Assembly (NCBI GenBank): GCA_043228905.1
Contig: JBHGNT010000017.1
Coordinates: 2,294,001-2,358,000, forward strand
Direction of reading: 5' to 3'
DNA length: 64,000 nucleotides
Source of the DNA: Azolla caroliniana
Taxonomy: Eukaryota > Plantae > Polypodiophyta
The notes beneath the pieces were generated by a model, which saw nothing but the letters and a program-made list of their open reading frames with translations, made no database searches and was not told where the DNA came from. The translations under genes and the position numbers were made by a program. Positions 37,718-49,904 of the stretch are shown here, one piece after another (positions within the stretch are counted from its first letter, which is position 1; every line of letters begins with the position of its first letter).

Positions 37718-38463
37718 GTGTAGAATATACATACACACATGTACACACATATATGTTGTATGGAACATACATACACACATACCTATATACACTTACATAC
37801 ATACACATATAACACATACATACAATACAATATGTGCACACATACATACATAAACACACACACACACACGCGCGCGCATGCACGCACGTGTAGAATATAC
37901 ATACACATATGGACACATATATATGTTGTATGGAACATACATACACACACACAAACATAACACACAACACACACATGAAATACATACAATACAAAACATA
38001 ACACACACATGAAATACACATGAAACACATATATGTTGTATGGAATATACATACACACATGTACACACATATATGTTGTATGGAACATACATACACACAT
38101 ACCTATATACACATATATAAACTTACATACATACACATTTACACATATAACACATACATACAATACAATATGTGCACACATACATACATAAACACACACA
38201 CACACACACACACGTGTAGAATATACATACACATATGGACACATATATATGTTGTATGGAACATGCATACACACACAAACATAACACACAACACACACAT
38301 GAAATACATACAATACAAAACATAACACACAATACACACATGAAATACACATGAAACACATATATGTTGTATGGAACATACATACACACATACCTATATA
38401 CACATATATACACTTACATACATACACATATATACAATACAATATGTGCACACATACATACAT

Positions 38464-38518
<55 letters not shown>

Positions 38519-38831
38519 TAGAATATACATACACATATGGACACATATATATGTTGTATGGAACATACATACACACACACAAACATAACACACAACACAC
38601 ACATGAAATACATAAAATAAATGCAATTACATAAAATGCAATACAATATGTACATAATACACACATACCTATACACACATGCATACAATCCATACTATAT
38701 ACACATATAATGCACACATACATACATACAATATGTACATAATACACACATACCTATACATAGATGCATACAATCCATACAATACCTATATACACATAAT
38801 GCATATATAAATAAACACATAACACGATATG

Positions 38832-38876
<45 letters not shown>

Positions 38877-39350
38877 CAATAAAATAAAATAAAATACAAT
38901 ATGTACATACATACACACATACCTATATACACATATAACACATACATACATACACATATACAACATAACACAATCTGTACACACACACACACACACACCC
39001 ACACAAACATAACACACATATACACATGCATACATACACACAAACAAACATAACACACAACACACACAAACATAACACACAACACACATGCATACCACAT
39101 ACAAACATATATGATGTATGGAACATACATACACACACAAAAACATAACACACAACACACATGCATACCACATACAAACATATATGATGTATGGAACATA
39201 CATATACACACACAAACATAGCACACAACACAGATGCATACCACATATGAACATATATGATGCATGGATCATACATACACACACATCACACATGCATACC
39301 ACATTCACAATGCACACATAAACACATATATATGATGTATGGTTATATGA
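34964..39350. repeat. Long (TACA/CA) microsatellite-derived satellite with higher-order repeats
   Basis: About 4.4 kb of H/T/Y/I-coding low complexity. Recurrent motifs such as atatgttgtatggaacatacatacacac and cattgaatcatgtacatt. A short GC-rich island lies at about 37225-37380. Confidence 0.95.
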
Positions 39351-39383
39351 AAAGTGATAGGTGGGCCATTCTATGTGTAGATA

Positions 39384-41233
39384 ATGGATGAAGAATCTAT
39401 CATTGAAGTGTTTGAACACGAGAGGGATGATGAAGATAAACCTTTGGGCATTGTAAGTGTGAGAGGAACTCTTACATATGCAAAGATTTGGGTGGAAATA
39501 ATTGAGGACGGTATATTTTACGAACCATTTTCCTTTGTGTACACAAAAAATAATATTTTGAATAGGAAACAAGAAGAGAAATGGCGTTTAAAAGAAAATA
39601 AAGTCTATATCAAGCCTAGTATTGATAAACAACAAAGAGTCTATTCAAAAGAATCATGCACTAATGTTGAGGGTTCATTGTTGAGTCAAGCCGAGGACAA
39701 TTTTAAAGGGAATGTGATATTACGAGAGAAGATAGACAAAATTGGGATGGAGCTCAAAGAATTGCAAGTAGAAATGTTACAAATTGTTTAAAGATGTTAT
39801 ACCAAGGTGGAGAAGGTGTCAAAGTAAGAGAAAGAGGCGCTTTGGGAACACATGTATACTTGCATATATTAGGTGACTATATTAATATTTTTCTATCCCC
39901 TCATGAGAGCTTATTCAAGCGTGTGGTACTTGCATCTAAAGTTGCATTCTTCTTTCAAATATGGAGATTATGGATTCTAGATAATCCAATTTATAACTTA
40001 AAACGTAATTTCATTAGTCGAGAAACATTTTTGGATGTACAAATATCTTGTCACTTTGTAGTTTTACTTATAAAAATGTTTCGTGACTTTTATCCACAAC
40101 TAGAATGTCCATTGCATCTCACAGGGTCTGATGGAGCTGAGATATTTTTTAGTAAAATAGGGGGAATGATTGGTATGGAGCATGCATTTGATATATCAGA
40201 TGTTTTGCATTGTAGCGGAAATGTAAACAAGCTTGCCAAATTTGAGTGTATTGATAATGGATTGGTTTTTCCAAGAGCTCATAAGAAGCAAGAATCAATA
40301 TGGTCTAAACTCAATTTCATGCATGACAAGCCTCTTGCAAATTTAAAAGACTACATTGATATCTTAAATGATGATCAACTTGTTTTTGCACTTAAAGAAG
40401 GTTTAAAAGAAGCCCAAATTTTATGTGAGTCGTTAAATATGAAGCCTAAACACAATGGGCAATGGTGGAATTATCCCGGGATTGAGACAAAACAATCCTT
40501 GAGTTATATATATGGAGAGAAAGATGATGAAGAATGTGTTGAACACAATAAAAACTTCACAATGCATGAATGTGTGGAGAATGATGATGAGATTGCAATA
40601 AGTGAAATTCCCCATGAATTGGATGCTATATTGGATGACAATAATGTGAACTCTAAAGTCTCTTCATTTGTTCAAGTGGATGATAAGATTATATTTAAAT
40701 CGACACTTGTGAGTCATCTAAATAGTAATCCAACATTGTCAAAGGATAGACTCACACGTGTAAGAGAAGGGGTCTTCTACTCATGTGAGAATGCAAATGA
40801 TTTCCTAAATGGAAATGGGAACCTAATTGGGATTGGTTCAGATTGTGTTGTATTCTTTACTGAAGAAGATGTTAATTCAACAAGACCGAAAAGAAAAGGA
40901 ATATCAAATAAAAATGTTGTTTGGTACTTAGGACGAGTACAAAGGATGCGAAGAAAGATTGGAAATAAATTTGTGGAGTATAAGAGAGGAATTGACATGA
41001 TGGATAGACTTGAAGATGTTCAATTACAACTTGGTTGGTATAGGAAGATTAAGGGGAGTAGATTATTTGCATATGATTTGACAGATATTAAAATGGTTGA
41101 CTTTGAGTCAATTATTGGATTAGCAAACCTCACATATAATGCAAAATGTGATAACTATCTGTTAGATGAAAGCAATTGTAAAGTTTTCAACGATTTTCTT
41201 TTGGAAATGAAATCCAGGTATTTATATATATAA
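39384..41233 (+). pseudogene. Truncated, unclassified DNA-transposase-like protein
   Basis: ORFs of 135 and 479 aa. FFFQIWRLWI...NFISRETFLD...FRDFYP...LTGSDGAEIFFS resembles the final catalytic-Glu region of P-element/Dileera-like DDE transposases. The N-terminal catalytic part is not seen. Confidence 0.5.
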
Positions 41234-42351
41234 ACTATTTTGAATTATATACTTGCATACATGTACATATATAATATATATTAAAGTAACTTTATATTTA
41301 TGCTTTTTATTTTAACAAGAAAAGGAGAAAAGAGTAGAAACCAAATATAAACCTACGGTATTCCAAATATATTTTTTGATTTTTTTACTTCCATATATAT
41401 TAAGATAATATTTACTTCCATGTATATTAAGATTTCTTGCTTTTGTTGTTACATTTTATGATATAGGTCCAATGTTGAAGATGGAAACGACATGAAATTT
41501 ACAGCCTAAAATGAATTGCTTAGGGTTTTCTTTTTATATACTCAGTCTTTATAAGGGTAACCTTTATTACAATAAGTTTTTTAAGTAGATATTGCAATAA
41601 CAAAATGATTTATTTTATTTCATTTTGATTTGGGTAAGAGTATGTGAATAGATGATATCTTACATTTCAAATGGAAATATGAAGTAGGTTGCCATTTGTT
41701 TGATTAATGTGTTTGAGAAAAAATAATATTATGGCTTTATATGAGTCTATATCCATGAAACCAAACATAATGTTAATTTGTTAGTAATTTCATTATTGAT
41801 ATGCATTTTGGATTGTTCCATATGTGCTCTTTGAGATGTATGTGTTAAGTTCAAGATTGTTTTATTGTAAATTACATTCTTTTTTATCACTCAATGTTCT
41901 TCATACGTCTCAATAAACTAAAAACAAAAACTTATATGTGGCTTGTATATGTTATACCTGTAGTGTTTTTGGGTAATGTTTCCTAATTGTGTGTACATTA
42001 CTTTGTACTTTACACATTGTGTTTTCAATCAATGTGGCACTTGATGAAGCATTTCTAGGAATTTGCATATGATGTTTAATGTCGATTCATAATTTTGCGA
42101 GTCATCAATTGTAAAGATGGTCATTGATCCCTTCTAGGATTGCAACCTATGTGTGCATGTATATTTTATATGTAAGGGTATTTAAACTGGGTGGTTATCA
42201 AAAAATATATTGGTAATAAGGGGTATTTTTATTAATCTTTTTTCTACACAAGGGTTACTAAAATAGTAAAAACCATACGTATAAGGGGTTTATAAATGAT
42301 GTCATGAACGCACGTGATACAACCTTCTTATGTATAGTGGAGTCCCCGGGG

Positions 42352-44198
42352 CTTGCATTAGTTGCTATGCATGATTTGGAGTTAGAACAACTTGATGTAA
42401 AAACCGCATTTTTGCATGGTGAACTTGACGAAGATATTTACATGCAACAACCAAAAGGGTTTGTTGTTGAAGGAAAAGAAGATCATGTTTGCCTGTTGAG
42501 GAAATCGTTTTACGGTTTAAAACAGTCTTCAAGACAATGGTACAAGCGATTTGATTCCTTTATGGTTGGCAACGGATACTCAAGAAGCAGTTATGACAAC
42601 TGTGTTTATTTCAGGAAGACTCATAATGGTTCATTTATCTATTTGCTTCTTTATGTTGATGACATGTTGATTGTAGCTAAAAATATGTCGGATATTGAAG
42701 AATTAAAGAAGCAGTTGAATAGAGTGTTTGAGACGAAGGATCTTGGTGCAACAAAAAAGATCCTTGGCATGGAAATTAAAAGAGATCGTCATGGTGGAAA
42801 GATGTATTTAACCCATAAGAGTTATATTGAGAAAGTGTTGGAGAGGTTTGGTATGAAAAATGCTAAACTAGTATCGACTCCGTTTGCAGCACATTTTAAG
42901 TTATCAACTTCTTTATCACCAAAGTCACATAATGAAAAGAGATACATGGCAAGAGTTCCCTACTCTAGTGCAGTTAGTAGCATGATGTATGCTATGGTTT
43001 GTACGTGTCCAGATATTTCACATGCTGTGAGTGTGGTTAGCAGATATATGACTTGTCTTGGAAAATCACACTAGAATGCAGTGAAATGGATTTTAAGATA
43101 TTTGCGTGGGACTTTAGACGCTTGTCTGGAGTTTGGCAGGAGTAGCAGTTCTCTAGTTCGCTATCTTGACTCTGACTACGCTGGCGATCTTGATAAAAGA
43201 AGATCATTGACAGGGTATGTATTCACTCTAGGTGGAAGTGCAGTTAGTTGGAAAGCTTCGTTGCAACCCGTGGTTGCATTATCAATGACAAAGGCAGAGT
43301 ACATTGCAGTGACAGAGGTGATTAAAGAAGGGATCTAGTTAAGAGGCTTGTTTGGGGAGCTTGGTTCTTGTTCGGACAAGATCGACATTTTATGTGATAG
43401 TCAAAGTGCCATTCATTTGACTAAAGATTAGATGTTCCATGAAAGAAATAACCACATCGATATCAAGTATCACTTTGTTCGTGATGTTATTTCGCGGGGT
43501 GATATCTCAGTGAAAAAGATTTCAACTCTTGAGAATCCCGCAGATATGTTGACGAAGCCTCTTCCAAGAATCAAGTTCAAGCATTGCTTGAATTTGATTG
43601 GTGTAACCGATAATTGAGTTATCCAGCGAAGGTGGAGCGAGACTACTATGAAATTCAAGTGAAGGTGGAGATTTGTTAAAATGACTTGAATTAATTGGTG
43701 TGGTTTATGGAAAGCCACGTCTCTCATTTGCATGATCTACACAAAACATGATGACTAATTGCAAAATCATCACTCTTGGTGATTATATGAAGGCCACGTG
43801 CATCATTACTATAAAAAGTCGGTGAAGTGAAGGCTATAAAAAGGCAGCCTTAGTTGTTTGAAGGGGCATCAAAAAATAGAAGACCACCAAGAGTTGTAGG
43901 CTTGTGAGATGTGAGAGAATTAGAAAGTTTGGGAAACACTAGTAGGAGAAAATTCTTGTGAGAGAATTGTGAGATTATTCTCTTGGGTGTTGGGTTTAAT
44001 TTGAGAATATTTTCTCTAATTGTTGTAAAATCTCTGTTATATTTTCTTATAGAGGAATCTCTCTCTTGTCTGTGGACGTAGGCTAATTTGGCTGAACCAC
44101 GTAAATACTTGTGTCATTTATTTCTCCGCTCCTATATTATCATATTATTGTCATCTATTTAAACTGATGTACTATTTGATTTGAGTGCCATCCTAACA
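42352..44198 (+). mobile_element. 5'-truncated Copia B (RT, RNase H, PPT and 3' LTR at 43674-44198)
   Basis: LEQLDVKTAFLHG, LYVDDML, DSDYAGDLDKRRS and [11 protein letters not shown] motifs with stops. PPT GAAGGTGGAG. The LTR reads TGTTA...TAACA. Confidence 0.88.
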
Positions 44199-44688
44199 GG
44201 TTAAGAGTAGTAGACTATTTGAGATGTGTTGAGAGACAAGCTCAACATCGGCCGGATCCGCTGAAGAAGTCGTGGACCGGATCGGTTGGGACCGATCGGT
44301 TAGGCCGAGTGCGGAAACCAGGAGGCCGTTAGGAAAGATATTCCGTGAGGAATATATTTGGGAGTTAGTGTAGGAGCTCTCAATGAGCATTGAAGTACTG
44401 TCAGTACTTCGGTCAGTCCTTCTAGGACTTGTATAAAAGTGTTCACTGAGCACGTCTTATGTACAGATCGAGTATTATTGTTGAATATAGTTCTCTCTCA
44501 TTCTCTCTGTCTCTTCCGTGTATACTGTGTAAGCTCAAGCTCTCCATTAAACCTGAGTGTGCTCCCTTCTGTTCTGTCTTTATACTTGCTTCCGCACGCT
44601 ACTTTTTGCATGGTATCAGAGCGCGAGGGTTGAGAACCTCTCTGCAGCCGACACAGCTTGACGAAGAAGAACAAGAACAAGAAGAACG

Positions 44689-47600
44689 ATGGATAGAGGC
44701 ATGGCGAGCTCGCTTCCAAAAGAGAAGCTCGATAGAACCAACTACGCGTCTTGGTCCTACAAGATGCACCAGTACCTGCTTGGGCACGACTACTGGAGTT
44801 ATGTCGAAGGAGCTAATGACGCAGCACCCGAATCGACACACAGAGACTTCCCGTTGTGGGAGCAATCGGCGAGCAGGGTATTATACTGCTTCGCGTCGTG
44901 TGTGGGCGAACAACTATTGAGCTATGTCCGGGATGCAAAGACGCCGAAGGGTGCGTGGGAAAATCTGAAGAAGATTTTCGCCGCGAGCACCACAGCCAGG
45001 AAGCTTCAGCTCTGGCAGGAGTTGAGCAACCTACGACAACGCGACTTGTCGGTGGCGGACTATACCTCGAAGATCAAGGATATCTGCGACTCCCTCGCCT
45101 CCATAGAGGTGAACATAGAGGAGAGCGAGATGGTCCAGATCTGTCTCGGAGGTTTGGCGTCGAAGTTCGGAGTGTTCCGAACGGCTGTGTGTACCCGGGA
45201 GAATACGCCGTCCTTTTTTGACTTACAGTCAATGCTCCTGGTAGAGGAGAACCACGCGGGTGCGTCTACAAGCACGCACACCGACAACAGAATGCTATGC
45301 ACAGAGGGAGATAGGCCTCGTGGACGTGGAGGACGAGGCGAGTCGGCGCACAATGGAGGCGGCTAACGATATCAAGGAAGAAGGCACCAAACTGATGCCG
45401 ACAACAACTTCGGACCCTCCGGAAACAGGGGGAGTCAAAGCGATGAGAACCGGTAAGGGAAGGCCATCGCGGAGTGCTGGTACTGTGGCAAGAAAGGCCA
45501 CAGGGAAAGTGAGTGCTGGAAGAAGCGCGCCGATTTGGAGAGAAACGGCTCCGGACATACCGACAAGGGAAATCGGCAGCGATCGCACTACGCCGAAGAC
45601 TCCGGGAGAGCCGGAGAAGGGTCTGCCTTCGTGTCGAGACACGAAGCAAACTCAATGAAACAGAGCACCCCGAGATCGGACGAGGTGTGGTACTAGATTC
45701 CGGTGCGTCAAACCACATGACGAGCCATAAAGAGTGGTTCTCGTACCTTGAAAAACCGATACAACCTGGAGTAGTCGCAACAGGAGACGACACTCCGCAT
45801 CCGATCGCGAATGTCGGAGAAGTTCCCCTTAGCCATGTCGGGCAGAAAGGGAAACTCATGAACGTTGTCGTAGTGTATTTTGTACACTACGTGAAAAACG
45901 TATATAGTATTAGATTCAATAAAAAATGAAGAAATAGAAGAAAATAGCAAAATAAATGGAACATGCATAGGGCAAGATTCGAACCTTGCACCTCCATGTT
46001 AATAATGTAATGTCTTACCATTACACTAGCATTTCATTAGTGTTAAAGCATAGATGTCCCACATAGAAAGGTAAATTCACGCTAGGATAAACATTAGAAA
46101 AACGCATAACAAAAGAAAAAGCTACACATACACATCTAGCGTGCATGATAAAAAACGCACAAGTTAGAAAAAAGCATGATCACTTTAGATAAAGCATATA
46201 GTCTATCTATAGGAAAAGCATGGGGTCTATAGTTAGAGAAAAAAGCATGGATTACTAAGACTTCCTCATCACTACATAAGGATGGGAAGCACAATGTAAT
46301 TGTGTGTGAAATACTTGGAAACTGGATATGTTTCTAAAAAACACCAATTAATAAACTATACTCGTGGGATTCACGAGAATTCTATATCATTCTCTTTCAA
46401 CCGAAGTTTATATTCTTATATTCATATTGATTAATCAAATACAATACACTCGTGGGATTCACGAGTTTGCTATAACTCTTTCTTACAACATATTTATATT
46501 CTTATTAGCCTTAAAACTCTCTTCTTCCTAGTCCAAAACCCCAGTGGTTCCCACCCGACTCACGCAAACGATCCGGAGCCGAAAGGCACGACAACGTGTT
46601 GCACGTTCTGACAATCACGAAAAACTTGGTCTCGGTCGGACAGCTCGTCGACCAAGGGATGGAGGTTCGGTTTACACACCTCGGATGCTTCATTGAGGAA
46701 GAAGGCCGTGTGATTGCGCAAGGGCGCAGAGATGGGAGGATGTTCATCCTCAATTCCACTGACGGTGACACCGCAATGTTCGCGAAGGGACAAAAAGCCG
46801 AGTCGGACATCGACTTGTGGCACAAGCGGATAGGCCACGTCAACTATCAGCGGCTTCAACATCTGCAATCGAAATAGGTAGTGTTCGGATTGCCCAAATT
46901 TAGTGGCCGAAAGGCACAAATTTGTGAAGCCTACCAGCTCGGGAAGCAACACCGACTTCCTTTCCCCAACGAGCGAAATCGGAGCCGGAACAAGCTCGAC
47001 CTTATACACTCCGATGTATGGGGGCCGACACAAAACGTTAGTCTTGGCGGGAGCCGATATTTCGTCTCCTTCATCGACGACCACACGCGGCACACGTGGA
47101 TCTACCTCATTGAGAGGAAGAGCGAAGTCTTTGACTGTTTCCGGGACCTCAAAGGGTTCGTGGAAACGGAAACGGGACAAAAGATCAAGTGTCTGCGGTC
47201 GGATGGTGGGAAAGAGTACTTTTCCGGTCAATTCAACGGTTACCTACAACAAATGGGAATTCGCCGCGAATTCAGTTGTAGATACATGCCGGAACAGAAC
47301 GGCGTGGCCGAGAGAAAGAATCGGTCAGTTGTGGAAGCGGCACGGGAAATGCTGGAGGAGAAGAGCTTGCCCAAGTTCTATTGGGCCGAGGCGGTAAGGA
47401 CCGCGGTATACATCCAGAACCGGATCGGAGACAAAGTGTCGGCGCACGAGCTATATTTCGGAACGAAGCCGAACTTGCGATACTTGAGGGTGTTCGGTAG
47501 CATTGCGTATGTGCATATACCGAAGGAGAAAAGGAGGAAGCTGGACGCAAAGGCCGAGAAATGCATCTTGGTCGGTTACTCGGACGAGCAGAAGGGTTAT

Positions 47601-48133
47601 AAGTGTTATAACCCTCGCACCAAACAAGCGCGTGTCAGCCGCGACGTTGTGTTTGACGAGTCCGCATCCTGGTACCTGCCCCCGACTACGAACCCCGACT
47701 CCAATCCGAGCTCTATCAATGAGGTCAACGAGGCCGAGATGCCTCCAGGTGAGCCCGAAATCGAGACCCGTCAAGAGAGTCCGATTTCACTCCGGTTAAG
47801 TGGACTGATTGGACGACTGAGTCAGTATGACTAGTCCGATGAAGAGCCGACAAGTAGTGGAGACTCGGCCGTGCATTCCCCGCGTAGGAAGCCGAGGAGA
47901 CGGCTTACACGCAAAGAGAAAGGGAAGAAGAAGGTGTCGGATTCCGGCACGGAAAGGAACGAGTCAGACCGACGCGAGTCCGAATCCGAGGGAACCGGTG
48001 ACAGGTCTTTAAAGATGAAGACCGCGTCGACCGAGAAGGCCTCGACATCGGCTAATGTGAGATTACGCCGATCTACCCGCCAGAAGAATCCTGTTTTGCG
48101 GTTCGGATACAACGAGTACATGGCGCATCATTA
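44689..48133 (+). pseudogene. Copia C gag, protease and integrase
   Basis: Gag at 44689-45366, CWYCGKKGHRESEC knuckle, LDSGASNHM, LWHKRIGH, HSDVWGP, RSDGGKEY and QNGVAER. Contains stops and the insertion at 45866-46593. Confidence 0.9.
45866..46593. mobile_element. 728-bp TGTCGT...ACGACA element, copy 2
   Basis: 4-bp TSD ACGT at 45862-45865 and 46594-46597. Removal restores LMNVLHV in Copia C. Confidence 0.85.
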
Positions 48134-48445
48134 TGTTGGGATTTCGGTCCCTTCAGATGGGATGGTCGGATGTCGGAGACCAAAGTCGACAAGCCCGGTT
48201 TCGGTTTCGGAACCGGATGATGAAGACCCCGACTTCGGAGTCGGATGACGAATGTACCCGAAGAAGAGATCCGGATGCAGGGACATATCCGTGAATATGT
48301 CTGCTTAGGGCCCCTCTGAGGCTATAGTTGTAAATAGCCCTAAAGTCATATATGTATAAATATGACTTAGGGCAAACAGTTTTTTATGTTGCTTCTCATT
48401 TTTCTGTTTTTCCACTCAAGAGGAGTGAAGAGAGAGAGCAGCCGT

Positions 48446-48476
<31 letters not shown>

Positions 48477-48786
48477 CGCGAGAGAGAAAGAGGACGACGC
48501 CTCTGTGTATTTCCGCCACCTGTGGCGAGGACAGCGAGCTCAAGGTCGTCGCCTTGGAGCTCGCCACTGTATACTTCTCTTGTATAGTGCTGTTTGGAGT
48601 CTTGTACTCCCGTGGTTTTTCCCATCTAGGGTTTTCCACGTTAAATCCCTGTGTGCTCGTGTTTTTGTTTCTTTCTCCGTGTGGTTCCTATTTTCTGCTT
48701 CATTGATCAGCGATTACTCGGTTGTGGCCGAGCGGTGAAGGTGAATATAAGCGTCTATTCCTTACAAACTGGTATCAGAGCGACTG

Positions 48787-49698
48787 TTGCAGAAAATGGA
48801 AGGCGGCGGCAGCGGGCAGCCGATGATGATGGTGCTGAATGCACAGAATTACGCCGACTGGAAGATCAAGATGGAGGATCTTCTGATTGTTCGGGACCTG
48901 TACGAACCGATTGACAGGTCGGAAATACCGAAAGGGGTACTTGAGTCGGAGTGGAAGCTCCTGAACCGGAAAGCCGTAGCGACGATCCGACAATATGTCG
49001 ATGTAAGCGTCCTACAACATGTGGCGAATGACACCAACGCATATGAGATGTGGAAGAAGCTGTCGGGCCTCTACGAGAGGAAGAATGCGTTGAACCGGAC
49101 CTCCCTGATGAGGAAGATAGTGAACCTCAAGTACCGGGACGGCGAGAGTATGGTCGAACACGTAAGCACGTTCATGGGATTCGTGAATCAGCTTGCGGCG
49201 ATCAAGTTCCCGTTGGAGGATGCAATGCAAGCCATCATCCTGATGTGTACATTGCCAGAAAGCTGGGAGAACTTGGTGGTGACTCTCAGCACCTCCTGCA
49301 CCGAAGATAACTTGTCCTTACAAACGGTAAAGACAAGTATTTTGAATGAAGAAGCGCGTCGGAGAGATAAGGAACCGACCTCCGACCCGAAGATGTTGTT
49401 TACCGAATCGGATCGGGGAAGACAATGGAACCGGAGTCCGCAAAGACGGGAGAAGTCGGGGACCCGGTCGCAGTCAAGAGGAAGACCCACATGCTTCCAC
49501 TGTGGGAAGCCGGGGCACTTCCGAAAGAATTGTCGGCATTACCGAAAAGACAACGGAGCCGACGACACCGATTCGAAGAAGTCACCAGAGAGAAACGGCG
49601 CATACCGGGGAGCCACGGACCGGAGAGGTTCGGATCGGCGAGGGCAGGACCGGAAAGGAACAACGGCACTCGCGGCAAGTGAGGAAGAAATCATGCTC
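48787..49698 (+). CDS. Copia D gag
   Basis: NYADWKIKMEDLL, TLPESW and a CFHCGKPGHFRKNC knuckle. Cut off by an inverted LTR piece at 49699. Confidence 0.85.
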
Positions 49699-49904
49699 TG
49701 TAAGGAATAGACGCTTATATTCACCTTCACCGCTCGGCCACAACCGAGTAATCGCTGATCAATGAAGCAGAAAATAGGAACCACACGGAGAAAGAAACAA
49801 AAACNNNNNNNNNNNNNNNNNNNNNNNNNNNNNNNNNNNNNNNNNNNNNNNNNNNNNNNNNNNNNNNNNNNNNNNNNNNNNNNNNNNNNNNNNNNNNNNN
49901 NNNN

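Noticed and set aside
34811-39572. Dozens of His/Thr/Tyr- or Cys/Val/Met-rich ORFs
   Set aside because: These are translation artefacts of (CA/TA)n low-complexity DNA.
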